Below, in pieces: positions 1 through 9,791 of a DNA stretch of 64,000 bases. Each line of letters starts with the position of its first letter. The stretch's first letter is position 1. The stretch comes from a virus. The notes beneath the pieces were generated by a model. The model searched no databases. It saw only the letters and a list, made by a program, of their open reading frames with translations, and had not been told where the DNA came from. The stretch covers positions 16,461 to 80,460 of IMG/VR virus record IMGVR_UViG_3300041409_000599, one strand, 5' to 3'. A program made the translations under genes and the position numbers.

Positions 1-1
1 A

Positions 2-412
2 TTCCGCAACGGCGCCGAAGCCAATAGCGAGCCATACAATCGGCTGCGTGCTCTGGTGTGCGCCGTGAGCGGTATCCCGTTCTATTGCCATCACGGCTTT
101 GACTGGCAGACCACCGATATCAGCCTGATCAATCGGCGGTTTGTGCCGGTCGGCGGCGAGCTCACCTGCAGGATGCACGCTTGCGCCGGCTGGAAGCGAG
201 AGGTTGCGCGATTCAAAGCGAATGGACAGATTCCCAGCGATCCGGCAGTACGAAGCGTGCAGCGCCAGTTCGGAGAGTATGCGCTCTGTCTGATCAAAGC
301 CGCGATCGACGCGCCAGAGGATAGCGCAGAAAAGGAAGCGCACTGGAAAGAACTGCGCGGCGTGATGGAGATGTTGTTTCAGCGGCCAGGGCAAGCGGAG
401 GAAGCAGCTTGA
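2..412 (+). CDS. Hypothetical phage protein (5' truncated by window)
   Basis: Frame is open from window start; TTGA overlap with the next gene. Confidence 0.6.
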   Translation, partial: FRNGAEANSEPYNRLRALVCAVSGIPFYCHHGFDWQTTDISLINRRFVPVGGELTCRMHACAGWKREVARFKANGQIPSDPAVRSVQRQFGEYALCLIKAAIDAPEDSAEKEAHWKELRGVMEMLFQRPGQAEEAA

Positions 413-1290
413 CCGCGATGAGCACATCTCGAATCACGCGGCCGGTTCTGCGTTATCACGGAGGCAAGTGGAAACTGGCACCGTGGATCATTTCGCACTT
501 TCCGAAACACCAGATTTACGTTGAGTCTTTTGGTGGCGGCGGGAGTGTGTTGATCTCCAAGGAACGCAGTTACGCGGAAATTTACAACGATCTTGATCTT
601 GAAATCGTTAACCTATTCCGCGTTGTCCGCGACCAGGGACCAAAGCTGATCCGAGCAATCGAACTGACCCCTTACGCGAGGGAAGAATTCAACGCGAGCT
701 TTAGGCCGTCATGCCGGCCGCTGGAGCAGGCGCGGCGCACGGTGCTCCGGAGTTATGCAGGCTTCGGTGGAAACCTGACCAGGATTACTCGCGACCTAAC
801 CCCGCAACGGACCGGCTTCCGCGACTATTCCAAAAAGAATCGGCACGCAATTCCTGCCCAGGACTGGCGCAACTGGCCTGGCGCCCTGCCGAACCTCATT
901 GATCGGCTGCGCGGCGTGATCATTGAAAACCGAGACGCTATCAGGATTATCACGAAGCACGATAGCCCTGAAACCCTCCATTACGTCGATCCCCCTTACG
1001 TCCACACAACTCGACGGTTCGACGGAAACGGCCACCGTGGCCATCGCCATGAATTGACCGACGACCAGCATCGCGAACTGGCAACACTGCTGCACTCCGT
1101 CAAAGGCATGGTCATCATCTCCGGCTATCCCTGCGACCTCTACGACAAAGAACTGTACCCAAATTGGAAGCGCATTGAACGCCAACATTTGGCCGACGGA
1201 GCGCGCAAGCGCACGGAAGTGATCTGGCTAAATCAGAACTGCGTAGACGGTCTGCGCCAAATGTCATTCCCCATGGAGGAAACACAGTGA
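409..1290 (+). CDS. dam: DNA adenine methyltransferase (Dam/D12 class)
   Basis: RYHGGKWKLA, ESFGGGGSV, YNDLD and DPPY motifs. Confidence 0.9.
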   Translation: MTAMSTSRITRPVLRYHGGKWKLAPWIISHFPKHQIYVESFGGGGSVLISKERSYAEIYNDLDLEIVNLFRVVRDQGPKLIRAIELTPYAREEFNASFRPSCRPLEQARRTVLRSYAGFGGNLTRITRDLTPQRTGFRDYSKKNRHAIPAQDWRNWPGALPNLIDRLRGVIIENRDAIRIITKHDSPETLHYVDPPYVHTTRRFDGNGHRGHRHELTDDQHRELATLLHSVKGMVIISGYPCDLYDKELYPNWKRIERQHLADGARKRTEVIWLNQNCVDGLRQMSFPMEETQ

Positions 1291-3056
1291 AACTTTGCTT
1301 CCCCGAAAAAGTCCTCTTGCAGCACTTAATCGCCCTTGGCAAGACTGGCGCCGGCAAATCATCCGCGCTGCGCCACATTGTCGAACACCTGCTGCGCCAC
1401 AAGAAGCGCGTCTGCATTGTCGACATCAAAGGCGACTGGTGGGGATTGAAGTCCTCAGCCGACGGCAAGAGCGCAGGCTTCCCCGTGGTCGCGTTTGGTG
1501 ATTTCCGTGAGCCCAAAGCGCAGGATGTTCCCATCAACGCGCAGTCGGGCAAGCAGGTAGCTGAACTGATTGCCAGCGGCAACCGGCCGTGCATCATCGG
1601 CTTTCGTGGCTGGATGCCCAGCCAGGTCACCGACTTCTGGATTGATTTCGCTTCCACGCTGTTCAACAAGAACGAAGGCGAACTGTTCGTCGTCATCTCC
1701 GAATGCCACAACTATGCGCCCAAGGGCAAGGTGCTGGACCCTAAAGCCGGAAAGGTGCTGCATTGGACGAACCGGCTATTGAGCGAAGGCCGCGGCCTGG
1801 GCATGACGTTCCTGCTCGATTCGCAGCGGCCACAGAAGGTCCACAACGACACGCTGACATCGTGCGAGACGCTGATCGCGATGCGTGTCACCCACGCAGC
1901 CGACCGCAACGCGCTGAAAGACTGGATTGACGGATGCGGCGACAAAGCTACCGGAACCGAAGTACTGAACACTGTCGCCGGGATGGCGCGCGGCGAGGGC
2001 TGGGTATGGTCGCCTGAAATTGGCTTCGGCCCGCAGCGCATCCAGTTCCCGATGTTTGAGACGTTCGATTCCTTCGCGCCGGCACAGCTTCAGAACAAAG
2101 TCAGTGACAGCGGATGGTCGACGGTCGATCTCGAAGTGGTCAAGAGCAAGCTGGCCAAGGTGATTGAGGAAGCGAAGGAGAACGATCCTGCTGCGCTGAA
2201 GGCTGAGGTAGTCCGCTTGAAGCGCGTCGTCATTGAGCAGCAGACCGCGCAAGGTAAGCCGGATCATAGCGAGCAGGCCATTCTGAAGCGGATACAAACG
2301 GCCATCGAAGAACGCGACAAGGATTGGCGCTTTGCCATTGACGTGTTCAAGCGGCAACTCAATAACCGCTATGTTGAAGTGGTCGAGACGATAGGGAAGG
2401 CATTCAAAGACATTTCTTTTCCATGGCCGGCCGATGTCCTGGTCGTATCGCCACCGTCTGCGAAAGTCGGCGGCATAGCAATCCGCACCGATCCCACCAT
2501 GTCGCGTACCCAGGTCGACATCCAAGACCGGAATGGGCGCAGACCGGCGATCACCAACATCGGCTCCAGCAATGGCCACGGCGGTGAATCGCTCAGCGGA
2601 CCGCAGCGCCAGATACTGCAACGTCTGGCCGAGTTTACGGCCTGCGGCCGTTCGTCTGTTCGCCTGTCATGGCTGGCTGCTTCTATGGGGACCACGGTTC
2701 GCGCCCGCGGCTTTGAAGAAAATATGCGCTCGCTAACCAAAGGCGGATTCGTCACAAAGCCTGATGGTGAATCAGTTAGGGCCACAGCAGAGGGGGAAGC
2801 GATAAGTGGTCGCCCCTCGCCACTATCAGGAGAAATCCTGCGCGCCAAGATCACGCAAATGCTCTCCGGTTCACAGGCTGACATCCTCCGCTACCTGATT
2901 GAAAGCCAGAGAGAAGAAGCGATTGAGCACGTAGCGGCTCGTTTCGATACGACCGTGCGCGCCCGCGGATTCGAGGAGAACATCCGTTTCCTGCGCAGCA
3001 ATGACCTGATTGAAACCAACGGCGGCCAGGTCAGAGCGGCAGACTGGATTTTGTAG
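1287..3056 (+). CDS. HerA/FtsK-like (DUF87) ATPase with coiled coil and two tandem C-terminal winged-helix repeats
   Basis: Walker A GKTGAGKS, GRGLG, SQRP; TTVRARGFEEN occurs twice. Confidence 0.8.
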   Translation: MKLCFPEKVLLQHLIALGKTGAGKSSALRHIVEHLLRHKKRVCIVDIKGDWWGLKSSADGKSAGFPVVAFGDFREPKAQDVPINAQSGKQVAELIASGNRPCIIGFRGWMPSQVTDFWIDFASTLFNKNEGELFVVISECHNYAPKGKVLDPKAGKVLHWTNRLLSEGRGLGMTFLLDSQRPQKVHNDTLTSCETLIAMRVTHAADRNALKDWIDGCGDKATGTEVLNTVAGMARGEGWVWSPEIGFGPQRIQFPMFETFDSFAPAQLQNKVSDSGWSTVDLEVVKSKLAKVIEEAKENDPAALKAEVVRLKRVVIEQQTAQGKPDHSEQAILKRIQTAIEERDKDWRFAIDVFKRQLNNRYVEVVETIGKAFKDISFPWPADVLVVSPPSAKVGGIAIRTDPTMSRTQVDIQDRNGRRPAITNIGSSNGHGGESLSGPQRQILQRLAEFTACGRSSVRLSWLAASMGTTVRARGFEENMRSLTKGGFVTKPDGESVRATAEGEAISGRPSPLSGEILRAKITQMLSGSQADILRYLIESQREEAIEHVAARFDTTVRARGFEENIRFLRSNDLIETNGGQVRAADWIL

Positions 3057-3202
3057 AACGGCCATCACGGGGAGATGGCAGAAAGGCACGGTGAAAAATG
3101 TAAGACGAACGACAAACAGCGAAGTATTCATCCACTTCAATTTGGAGCCCGTACTTTGGCGAGTTTCGCGGCCCCACTTTAACCAGCCAACGAGGAGACA
3201 CA

Positions 3203-3520
3203 ATGGAAAGCAGCCAGCCGTCCACCAAAGAACAATTAGCGCAGGTCATCGCGCAGAGCTATTCGTGCGGCATTTTATATAGCGAATTTGTACGTGAAGC
3301 CAAGAAGCGCTTCGTCGCGCACGTACTCAGAGAGAACCGCGGCAACCAAAGCAAGGCCGCCCGCGAACTGGGCATGCATCGCAACACCCTCAGCCGCACC
3401 ATTGCCGAACTGAGACTCAGTCCAGCCGAGTGGGATCCAAACCGCCAGCTCGCCGGCCGCTTTCCGTCAACGCGTTCCGCAACCACACCGGCAGGCAGGC
3501 AGAGAGCGCTCGGAGCGTAA
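3203..3520 (+). CDS. Fis-family HTH protein
   Basis: GNQSKAARELGMHRNTLSR; SD GAGGAG. Confidence 0.85.
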   Translation: MESSQPSTKEQLAQVIAQSYSCGILYSEFVREAKKRFVAHVLRENRGNQSKAARELGMHRNTLSRTIAELRLSPAEWDPNRQLAGRFPSTRSATTPAGRQRALGA

Positions 3521-3529
3521 GGGCGAATT

Positions 3530-3778
3530 ATGGCGACGGTCTATTACGGACAGGTCAATCCGGGAAGGTACGCAGCGGGCTCAACGGCGCACTATGCCGT
3601 GCTGCAGGAAGAACTGTCGCGGCTGAAGGCGGGCGACACGTTCACCGCAACGTTCCCGGGCAAGTACTCGGCCACGTGCGCGCGCAACGCTCTGACGCTT
3701 TACTGCCGCAACAAGCTTTTGTACCAGGTGGAATCACATCAGCGCGGCAACGTGCTGGAGATCAAGAGGACGAAGTAA
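3530..3778 (+). CDS. Hypothetical protein
   Basis: ORF packed in the operon. Confidence 0.6.
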   Translation: MATVYYGQVNPGRYAAGSTAHYAVLQEELSRLKAGDTFTATFPGKYSATCARNALTLYCRNKLLYQVESHQRGNVLEIKRTK

Positions 3779-3781
3779 ACC

Positions 3782-4201
3782 ATGCAGACATTGACCGCTC
3801 GACAGTACAGCGTGTTCGCCTTCATCGCCGATTTCATGATCGAAAAAGGCTACAGCCCAAGCCATGATGAAATCGGCAAAGCACTAGGGTTAAGTTCGCT
3901 CGCCACGGTTCACAAGCACGTAAAAACTCTGTGCGACAAAGGCCATTTAACGCACGATTACAACCGCTCGCGCTCCCTGAAATTGACAGCGCAGGCGGAG
4001 AGTTGGCACCGAAGGCGGAGCGCTGGAAAATCCCATCGATGCGCAAACTGCATAGAAACCGCCCGCGTTCTGGATGAAATCATCACCCAAGCCAGCCCAG
4101 AGGCAATTCGCAGCGCGATCGCCAACGTGAGCACCGGAATAAAAGCTGCACTCAGGGCGCGTGTTGATCCGCAGTTCGCCAAAGAAGCATTTCAGGACTG
4201 A
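3782..4201 (+). CDS. LexA-type DNA-binding domain protein lacking the S24 peptidase domain
   Basis: LTARQ..GYSPSHDEIGKALGLSSLATVHKH..RSL. Confidence 0.85.
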   Translation: MQTLTARQYSVFAFIADFMIEKGYSPSHDEIGKALGLSSLATVHKHVKTLCDKGHLTHDYNRSRSLKLTAQAESWHRRRSAGKSHRCANCIETARVLDEIITQASPEAIRSAIANVSTGIKAALRARVDPQFAKEAFQD

Positions 4202-4211
4202 GAGTGAGCGC

Positions 4212-4517
4212 ATGACCCCCACCGCCAAGATGATCGAAGTTATTCGCCGCATCCCCAAAGGCAAGGTGATGACATACGGCGATGTGGCCTACGTCGCCGG
4301 CTTCCCGCTCTGTGCTCGCGTTGTGGGCGCTGCGCTGAATAAGTCGCCTGATCTTCCCTGGGAGCGCGTGGTCGGCGCTGACGGCAAGATCCTGCGGCCG
4401 GGGATTCTCGGGCAGGAACAGAGGCTGCGCCTGGAACAGCAGGGCGTGGAGTTCATCGGCCTGCGCGTCGACATGAAACGTTTCCGCTGCATGTTCAAGG
4501 AGGTTGCCGGTGCCTGA
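4212..4517 (+). CDS. Alkyltransferase-like (ATL/MGMT-family) protein
   Basis: IPKGKVMTYGDVA, ARVVG; PWERVV replaces the catalytic PCHR. Confidence 0.85.
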   Translation: MTPTAKMIEVIRRIPKGKVMTYGDVAYVAGFPLCARVVGAALNKSPDLPWERVVGADGKILRPGILGQEQRLRLEQQGVEFIGLRVDMKRFRCMFKEVAGA

Positions 4518-4854
4518 AACCGACCAACTTAGTCTGATCGATCCGCTCGCGCCAGCCGAAGAAAAACTCACCGCCTGGGCCCTGATTGAACTATTCGGCC
4601 ACCAGCGCGTTGTCGGCAAAATGACGGTTGACCCGCCTGAGTTTCCCGGCATGGTCCGCGTCGACGTTCCCGATCTGCTGAAAGATAAAAAGGTCGTGCG
4701 CAAAGGATTCACTCGTTATCTTGGCCGCGCTTCCATCTATGGCGTTACGCCGATCGACGAAGAGACCGTGCGCGATCTGCTGCCTTCGGTCGACGGCACG
4801 CCAGCCCGTCCGCTTGGACTCAGGAGCTACAGCAGAAACGAGGAAGACTACTGA
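4510..4854 (+). CDS. Hypothetical phage protein
   Basis: AGGAGG SD; WALIELFGHQR. Confidence 0.7.
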   Translation: MPETDQLSLIDPLAPAEEKLTAWALIELFGHQRVVGKMTVDPPEFPGMVRVDVPDLLKDKKVVRKGFTRYLGRASIYGVTPIDEETVRDLLPSVDGTPARPLGLRSYSRNEEDY

Positions 4855-5381
4855 TGCTTAACCTCTCGCCCAGATTCGCCAAGCGCCGCGACGACCTCTT
4901 CCGATCCCAGCAAGGCCGTGCCCGCGGCAAAACCAGCAGCAAGACCGGCCGCGTCATTCGCCACGGCTACCTGCTCCCCTTCGACAAAAAGCAGTTCACC
5001 GCATGGCTGCTGGACAAATTCGGCGGCGAGAACAACGCCATCCTCTGCCGCTACTGCCGCCGCCCCATCGACGTTTACAACTGCCAGCTTGACCACGGCG
5101 TCCCCATCTCGCGCGCCGGATCTCCGGGCCTGCCAAACATCGATCCCGTATGCGAGCCATGCAACCACGTGAAAGGGAAGCTGACTCCGGATGAATTTGA
5201 TTTCTTCCTGGTGAAGCTGCGCGAACTGGCTGACCACTTCCACAACGGCATTGCCGCCCAGGACATCAGCCATCGACTGGAAAGCTATTCAGCCATGAAA
5301 GCCACGGTCAACCGCGCGCATGCCGGCAGGAAGACAGCAGCGGCGCCGGTGCCAGCGGTCGAAGACGACCCAGACTTCTAA
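4854..5381 (+). CDS. HNH endonuclease
   Basis: CRYC..DHGVPISRAG..N..CEPCNHVK. Confidence 0.85.
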   Translation: MLNLSPRFAKRRDDLFRSQQGRARGKTSSKTGRVIRHGYLLPFDKKQFTAWLLDKFGGENNAILCRYCRRPIDVYNCQLDHGVPISRAGSPGLPNIDPVCEPCNHVKGKLTPDEFDFFLVKLRELADHFHNGIAAQDISHRLESYSAMKATVNRAHAGRKTAAAPVPAVEDDPDF

Positions 5382-5392
5382 AAGGAGAAACA

Positions 5393-5623
5393 ATGTCACA
5401 AACTGAAGCCAGCGATTCCAGCATCACCGACCTATTCACCTATCACAAACCGGACGAGGTCCAGCAGGCACAATACACGCGCGTCAACGCTGCTGCGGCC
5501 GTTCTGTACGAAGCCATCATGAATAGCTGCCCTCCCTGCGCCGACCGCAGCCACGCCCTGCGTTTGGTGCGCGATGCCAAACAGTGGGCCAATACCGCGA
5601 TCGCGCTGAAAGGCAGAATCTGA
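5393..5623 (+). CDS. Acb2/Tad1-like helical hairpin protein (putative nucleotide-signal sponge)
   Basis: FTYHKP..CP..DRSHALRLVRDAKQWANTAIA; strong SD. Confidence 0.7.
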   Translation: MSQTEASDSSITDLFTYHKPDEVQQAQYTRVNAAAAVLYEAIMNSCPPCADRSHALRLVRDAKQWANTAIALKGRI

Positions 5624-5922
5624 ACGAAGCCGCACAACTCGCCCTCGAAGACTTCGAACGCGAATACGAGGGTGTAGTCTGCGCGGCCTGCCAGCAAGAG
5701 AAATGGCCTAGTTCGCCATTTTGTAAGAAGTGCTCCATCAAGCTTCAGCGGGCACACCTGATGCGGGAGCTAGACGGAATATCGCATGGCTACGGCAAGG
5801 ATTTACAGGAATGGACCGAGTATGCGCTTCAGGCCTACTGGCGTCATTACGATACCTGCCGCGATTTCCTGATCGACGTACGCAGACATTTTAATTCGGA
5901 GAAAGAGAGGACAGAAGCATGA
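5620..5922 (+). CDS. Hypothetical Zn-finger protein
   Basis: CAAC..CKKC; start uncertain. Confidence 0.55.
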   Translation: MNEAAQLALEDFEREYEGVVCAACQQEKWPSSPFCKKCSIKLQRAHLMRELDGISHGYGKDLQEWTEYALQAYWRHYDTCRDFLIDVRRHFNSEKERTEA

Positions 5923-6521
5923 CTAGAGCCAACGGCAAAGCGCCGGCGGATCCACGCAATTCATTTTTCCCCGGCAAAAAGCGCCAGGTCACACTGGAGA
6001 ACTGGTCGCCCAAACGGAACACTGAAGGCGAAAGACGCATCCTGTTCAAATTCAAGATGCCCATCACCGGACAGCCCCTTACCGGCTTCCCTGATTTTCT
6101 CAATGAAGGCTTTCACGCTGTGGAAAAGGAACGCTCCGGCGGCGTCTTCACCTCTGACAGCGAGCTCGAGGCCATGGCCATCGAGTACTTTGATACCGCT
6201 GACAGCCCGGAAAAGATCACCCGGGCCGTCGGCGTCACCCTGCAGGGACTGACCCTTCAGCGCGAGAAGGAAGGCGAGAGCTACGTTACCGTCCTGCGCT
6301 ATCACTACACCGTGCCATGGTTCAAAGGGCTGTGGCGCTTCGTTGACACCTACTGGGGCAAGGAACTGTTTTGCGACTTCACCCCCAGCGCGGACTACGT
6401 GCCGGACCAGGACGGCGATCGCACCAAGCAGATGAAGCTGGGCGACAAGAACGAAGACGAAGAAGGCGACGGCATGCCGCACCAGACCAAAGAGCGTGCC
6501 GCGGCAGTGCAAGAGGCGTAA
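5919..6521 (+). CDS. Hypothetical phage protein
   Basis: 200-aa ORF with ATGA coupling. Confidence 0.7.
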   Translation: MTRANGKAPADPRNSFFPGKKRQVTLENWSPKRNTEGERRILFKFKMPITGQPLTGFPDFLNEGFHAVEKERSGGVFTSDSELEAMAIEYFDTADSPEKITRAVGVTLQGLTLQREKEGESYVTVLRYHYTVPWFKGLWRFVDTYWGKELFCDFTPSADYVPDQDGDRTKQMKLGDKNEDEEGDGMPHQTKERAAAVQEA

Positions 6522-6592
6522 AACCGAAAAGGGCTCGGCAGGGAGCCCTGTACGGGAATGAGCGCGACACGGCGGAGAGAGTGGAGGATGCA

Positions 6593-6913
6593 ATGAACAA
6601 CGATTGGAACGCAGGAGAATCACTCAAAATTCACGATAAACGCGGAGGGAATATGGAAGTGAAAGTGTGGAGCGTTGGCGAGGATTCGGAATTGTACGCA
6701 GCTAAATCTGAGCAGGAACTGCGTGCCTATTTAGACGAAACTCTCGGAAAAGAAGATGCTGCGGAAGCGGTCGCTGCTCATTTCGAGGAGTTGACCGACC
6801 TTGATGATGAACGCGAATTCTACTGTGACGGCGAGGTGAAATGGCTTTCGTATCGGCAACTCATAGCGATGAATGACCCTGCCCCAACACAGATAAGCAC
6901 GAGCTACAACTAG
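6593..6913 (+). CDS. Hypothetical acidic protein
   Basis: SD sites before ATG at 6593 and at 6653. Confidence 0.6.
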   Translation: MNNDWNAGESLKIHDKRGGNMEVKVWSVGEDSELYAAKSEQELRAYLDETLGKEDAAEAVAAHFEELTDLDDEREFYCDGEVKWLSYRQLIAMNDPAPTQISTSYN

Positions 6914-6927
6914 GAAAGCGTGAGCCC

Positions 6928-7221
6928 ATGAGCGCGACACAAGAGCGGAGAGAGCGGAAGGGTAAAACTATGCGACTAACTCAGAAAGAAACCTTAGCCA
7001 TGTTCCGCAACGAATGTTATTCGGGCATGGGGATTGTAAACGGTGAGCCGAAGCCAACTGATAGCGAGTGCATTAAGTGGATGGTGCGAGTGCGGCTTCA
7101 CGCTGAAAAGTTGCAGGTCGGGCCGCAGCTACCTTCGTTGGGAATGCTCCCACCGTGGCGAGAGTGGATCAAGCAGCCATTGCCATTAGCAGTCTACGTG
7201 GACAGGAGCAAGAACAGATGA
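6928..7221 (+). CDS. Hypothetical protein
   Basis: ORF in operon. Confidence 0.5.
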   Translation: MSATQERRERKGKTMRLTQKETLAMFRNECYSGMGIVNGEPKPTDSECIKWMVRVRLHAEKLQVGPQLPSLGMLPPWREWIKQPLPLAVYVDRSKNR

Positions 7222-7460
7222 GCAGCGATAGCAGCAAGCCGCGCAACGCAATAAGGAATAGAAAGTGGATTCCGTTCAATCTGGCATTTCCGAAAGAAGG
7301 ATTGCTGGTAAGGGTGCGCCTTAATCCAGAAAACGCGCTCAAGGCAACCCGGCTGGAGCACATGGTAGGCAGATGGCGCGGGAAGATGCTCTACCAGTGC
7401 GGGGAAACCTACAGCTATTACACCTATTTCTCACACTGGAGAAACGAGGAGCGGCCATGA
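7218..7460 (+). CDS. Hypothetical protein
   Basis: ATGA overlaps at both ends. Confidence 0.55.
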   Translation: MSSDSSKPRNAIRNRKWIPFNLAFPKEGLLVRVRLNPENALKATRLEHMVGRWRGKMLYQCGETYSYYTYFSHWRNEERP

Positions 7461-8707
7461 CCGAGAAGCCCAACAGCGTTTGTAAGTGGTGCGAAGAGCC
7501 TGAATCTAATCACCACCACGGAGTGTGCTCTATTCCGGTTCATATGATGTTTGAACCCGTGGCCGAACCCGCAGAGCCGAGTACATCGCCGGATTTAGGC
7601 CCTGTAATCAGTCAGGACGAAGCCTCTGCCAAAGGTAACGCCGCCTATTCGACTACGCTGAAAGTGCTGGAGAAAATAAGAAGCGCAGAGCCTACAGCAG
7701 CGGGGCATGACTGCGCGAAGTCAGGATTCAATCCACTAATCAGCACATGTAGACAATGTCCCGCCCCGCAGCCAGTAATCGCCTGCCCGGGGATAGCCGC
7801 CTGCACCCAGAAAGAGGCTTGCCTGAAGGTCAACAGGTGTTTGATTAATCTGCCGCAGCCAGTAGCCGGAGAGGGGCCGGACGGGAATCTACGAAGGCTT
7901 GCACTAGAAGCATGTGACGGTTTTAATGCTCAGCCGAATCATGGTTCACCTGAGGCCAAGAGGATCATGGATGCGCTGAGAGTAGCAGCCACAGCTCCCG
8001 AGGGAACGCCGAAGCTGGAAGAGGTCGCGGCCCGTCAGTTAAATGCTTTGACTGAATTTGCAGGCTGGTATCCGACTGGCGAACGCCGCATCAAGACGCT
8101 TGCAATTTTAGCCGACATTCTCCGCCCCTTCATCACCCCAGCCTGCGCGCCTCCGGCAGATTTATTAGAAGCATGGCATCACTTACGAGGCCAGATAGAA
8201 GCGGTGCTAGCAGGCAATCCGGTGAAGTGTTTCGATGAAACGATGTCGGCAATGAATATCGCGGTTAGGCGAGCGGCGACCCCAGCCAGCACAGGGGAGG
8301 CGGGAAAGTGGGAAGAGCCATCCGAGTTGAAAATGGAAGCGGCAAAGGCGCACGTCCGGGAGTTCTTTCCTGATAGCGATCCCGATGCGATAGAAGCCTT
8401 GGCGAGAAGCCATATTCAATACGTCGCCTCTGTAAAAGACGAAGTTGCGGAGCAGATTGAAAAGGTGAGCACGGGGGAGGCGAACGGGTGGATTAGCGTT
8501 GAAGAGAGGTTGCCAATAAATCATGATCTAGTTCTGGTTCATAGGGAAACGGGTACGGTAGACGTTGGCTGGCATCACATAACTGCCAAACGTTGGTACT
8601 CGGGCCATACTCGCCCAGACGGTAATTTCACAGAGCAATTCGTGACGCATTGGCAACCACTTCCACCCGCCCCCACCAGCGTACCCCAAGCGGAGCCGCC
8701 GAAATGA
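7457..8707 (+). CDS. Mosaic phage protein with C-terminal DUF551
   Basis: WISVEERLP...VTHWQPLPPAP. Confidence 0.75.
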   Translation: MTEKPNSVCKWCEEPESNHHHGVCSIPVHMMFEPVAEPAEPSTSPDLGPVISQDEASAKGNAAYSTTLKVLEKIRSAEPTAAGHDCAKSGFNPLISTCRQCPAPQPVIACPGIAACTQKEACLKVNRCLINLPQPVAGEGPDGNLRRLALEACDGFNAQPNHGSPEAKRIMDALRVAATAPEGTPKLEEVAARQLNALTEFAGWYPTGERRIKTLAILADILRPFITPACAPPADLLEAWHHLRGQIEAVLAGNPVKCFDETMSAMNIAVRRAATPASTGEAGKWEEPSELKMEAAKAHVREFFPDSDPDAIEALARSHIQYVASVKDEVAEQIEKVSTGEANGWISVEERLPINHDLVLVHRETGTVDVGWHHITAKRWYSGHTRPDGNFTEQFVTHWQPLPPAPTSVPQAEPPK

Positions 8708-8714
8708 GAGCCCC

Positions 8715-9791
8715 TTAGCGCCGTCTGCCCATCCGCGCCGGCTGGCCCTGCGCCTTCACCCGGTCCACTGTTTGGTTGTAGCGAATTAACGCACTCGTCA
8801 AATCACCCTGCTCGGCCAGGGGCGCAACCGCTTCCTTGGCAATCTGCTGCATCGTTTTGATCGTCGGCTCGGGATGGCTCATTGCCAGATACTTAGCCGC
8901 GTCGCGGGCATGGTTGTCTTTGTCGACGATTGCTTCAGCCACGTTCCGCGTCAACAGCTGCTGGTTCGTCAGCTTAACGCGCCTGGTCCGCATCATCTCC
9001 CACAGCAGGTTGGGGCAATCCCAGTTGTGCAGCCCTGGCTGCGGCTTTTCTGACCAGTTGCGGCAAACGATCTTCAGCGTCGGCTCACGGTGCTCAAGGT
9101 TTGACCAGTGCATCATTACGCGGGCGGCAAAGCTTACGTCCATACGATCGCCAGCAAACGGCGAGAACAACTCTATCCCCTGCTCGCAATACAGTTCGTT
9201 GATTGACTTCGCGCGCTCCTGGACCTTGTTCGGTGTTTGCGATTGCTGCATGGTATCAGGGAAGATCGACGGGTCGGCGTAACAGGCCGAGACTTTCCTT
9301 ATGTCGTCCATCTTCTTCAGGTACGGAACGTGCTGCCAGACTTCGAGTCCCGGCATGTAGTACTCGCCGCAGAAGATGATCACGCCATCGTTGTCGACAT
9401 ATGCGCGCTCGAAGGCCGTTGGATTTGTCTTGCCATGGTCAAACCCGGCTTCGCAGCGCCATGTCGGATGCGGCTTGTAGCGCATATCGGTAATTACGAT
9501 TTTGTCCCAGTGGTCGCGCAGAACGCTGGCGAATACCAGTTCACCGCCGCCGGCATCATCCATAATTTCCTGCTCTCTGTCCCAGTCGGCCTGGGATGTG
9601 TAGAGGGCGCGCTGAGTTTTCTTCCACGCCGGGTTGAGGTTGGGGTCGCGCTCAGGGTCTGCTGAGTAGTGCAGCTTGATTACGGGAATGCCGCCCTTCG
9701 TGCGTCTCACGCTCATACCGCGGACGATTTCAACAGGCGTCTGCGGCGTCACTTCGCGGGATTTCCTGAGTGCTTTCTTTACATCCATCAC
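8715..9791 (-). CDS. terL: Terminase large subunit, C-terminal (nuclease) half
   Basis: LHYSADP, WDREQEI, GFDHGKTNPTA, YADPSIF, DKDNHARDAAKY. Confidence 0.85.
   Translation of the reverse strand: MMDVKKALRKSREVTPQTPVEIVRGMSVRRTKGGIPVIKLHYSADPERDPNLNPAWKKTQRALYTSQADWDREQEIMDDAGGGELVFASVLRDHWDKIVITDMRYKPHPTWRCEAGFDHGKTNPTAFERAYVDNDGVIIFCGEYYMPGLEVWQHVPYLKKMDDIRKVSACYADPSIFPDTMQQSQTPNKVQERAKSINELYCEQGIELFSPFAGDRMDVSFAARVMMHWSNLEHREPTLKIVCRNWSEKPQPGLHNWDCPNLLWEMMRTRRVKLTNQQLLTRNVAEAIVDKDNHARDAAKYLAMSHPEPTIKTMQQIAKEAVAPLAEQGDLTSALIRYNQTVDRVKAQGQPARMGRRR

Noticed and set aside
409-5381. Dam + HNH as a restriction-modification system
   Set aside because: The genes are not adjacent and both are common solitary phage genes
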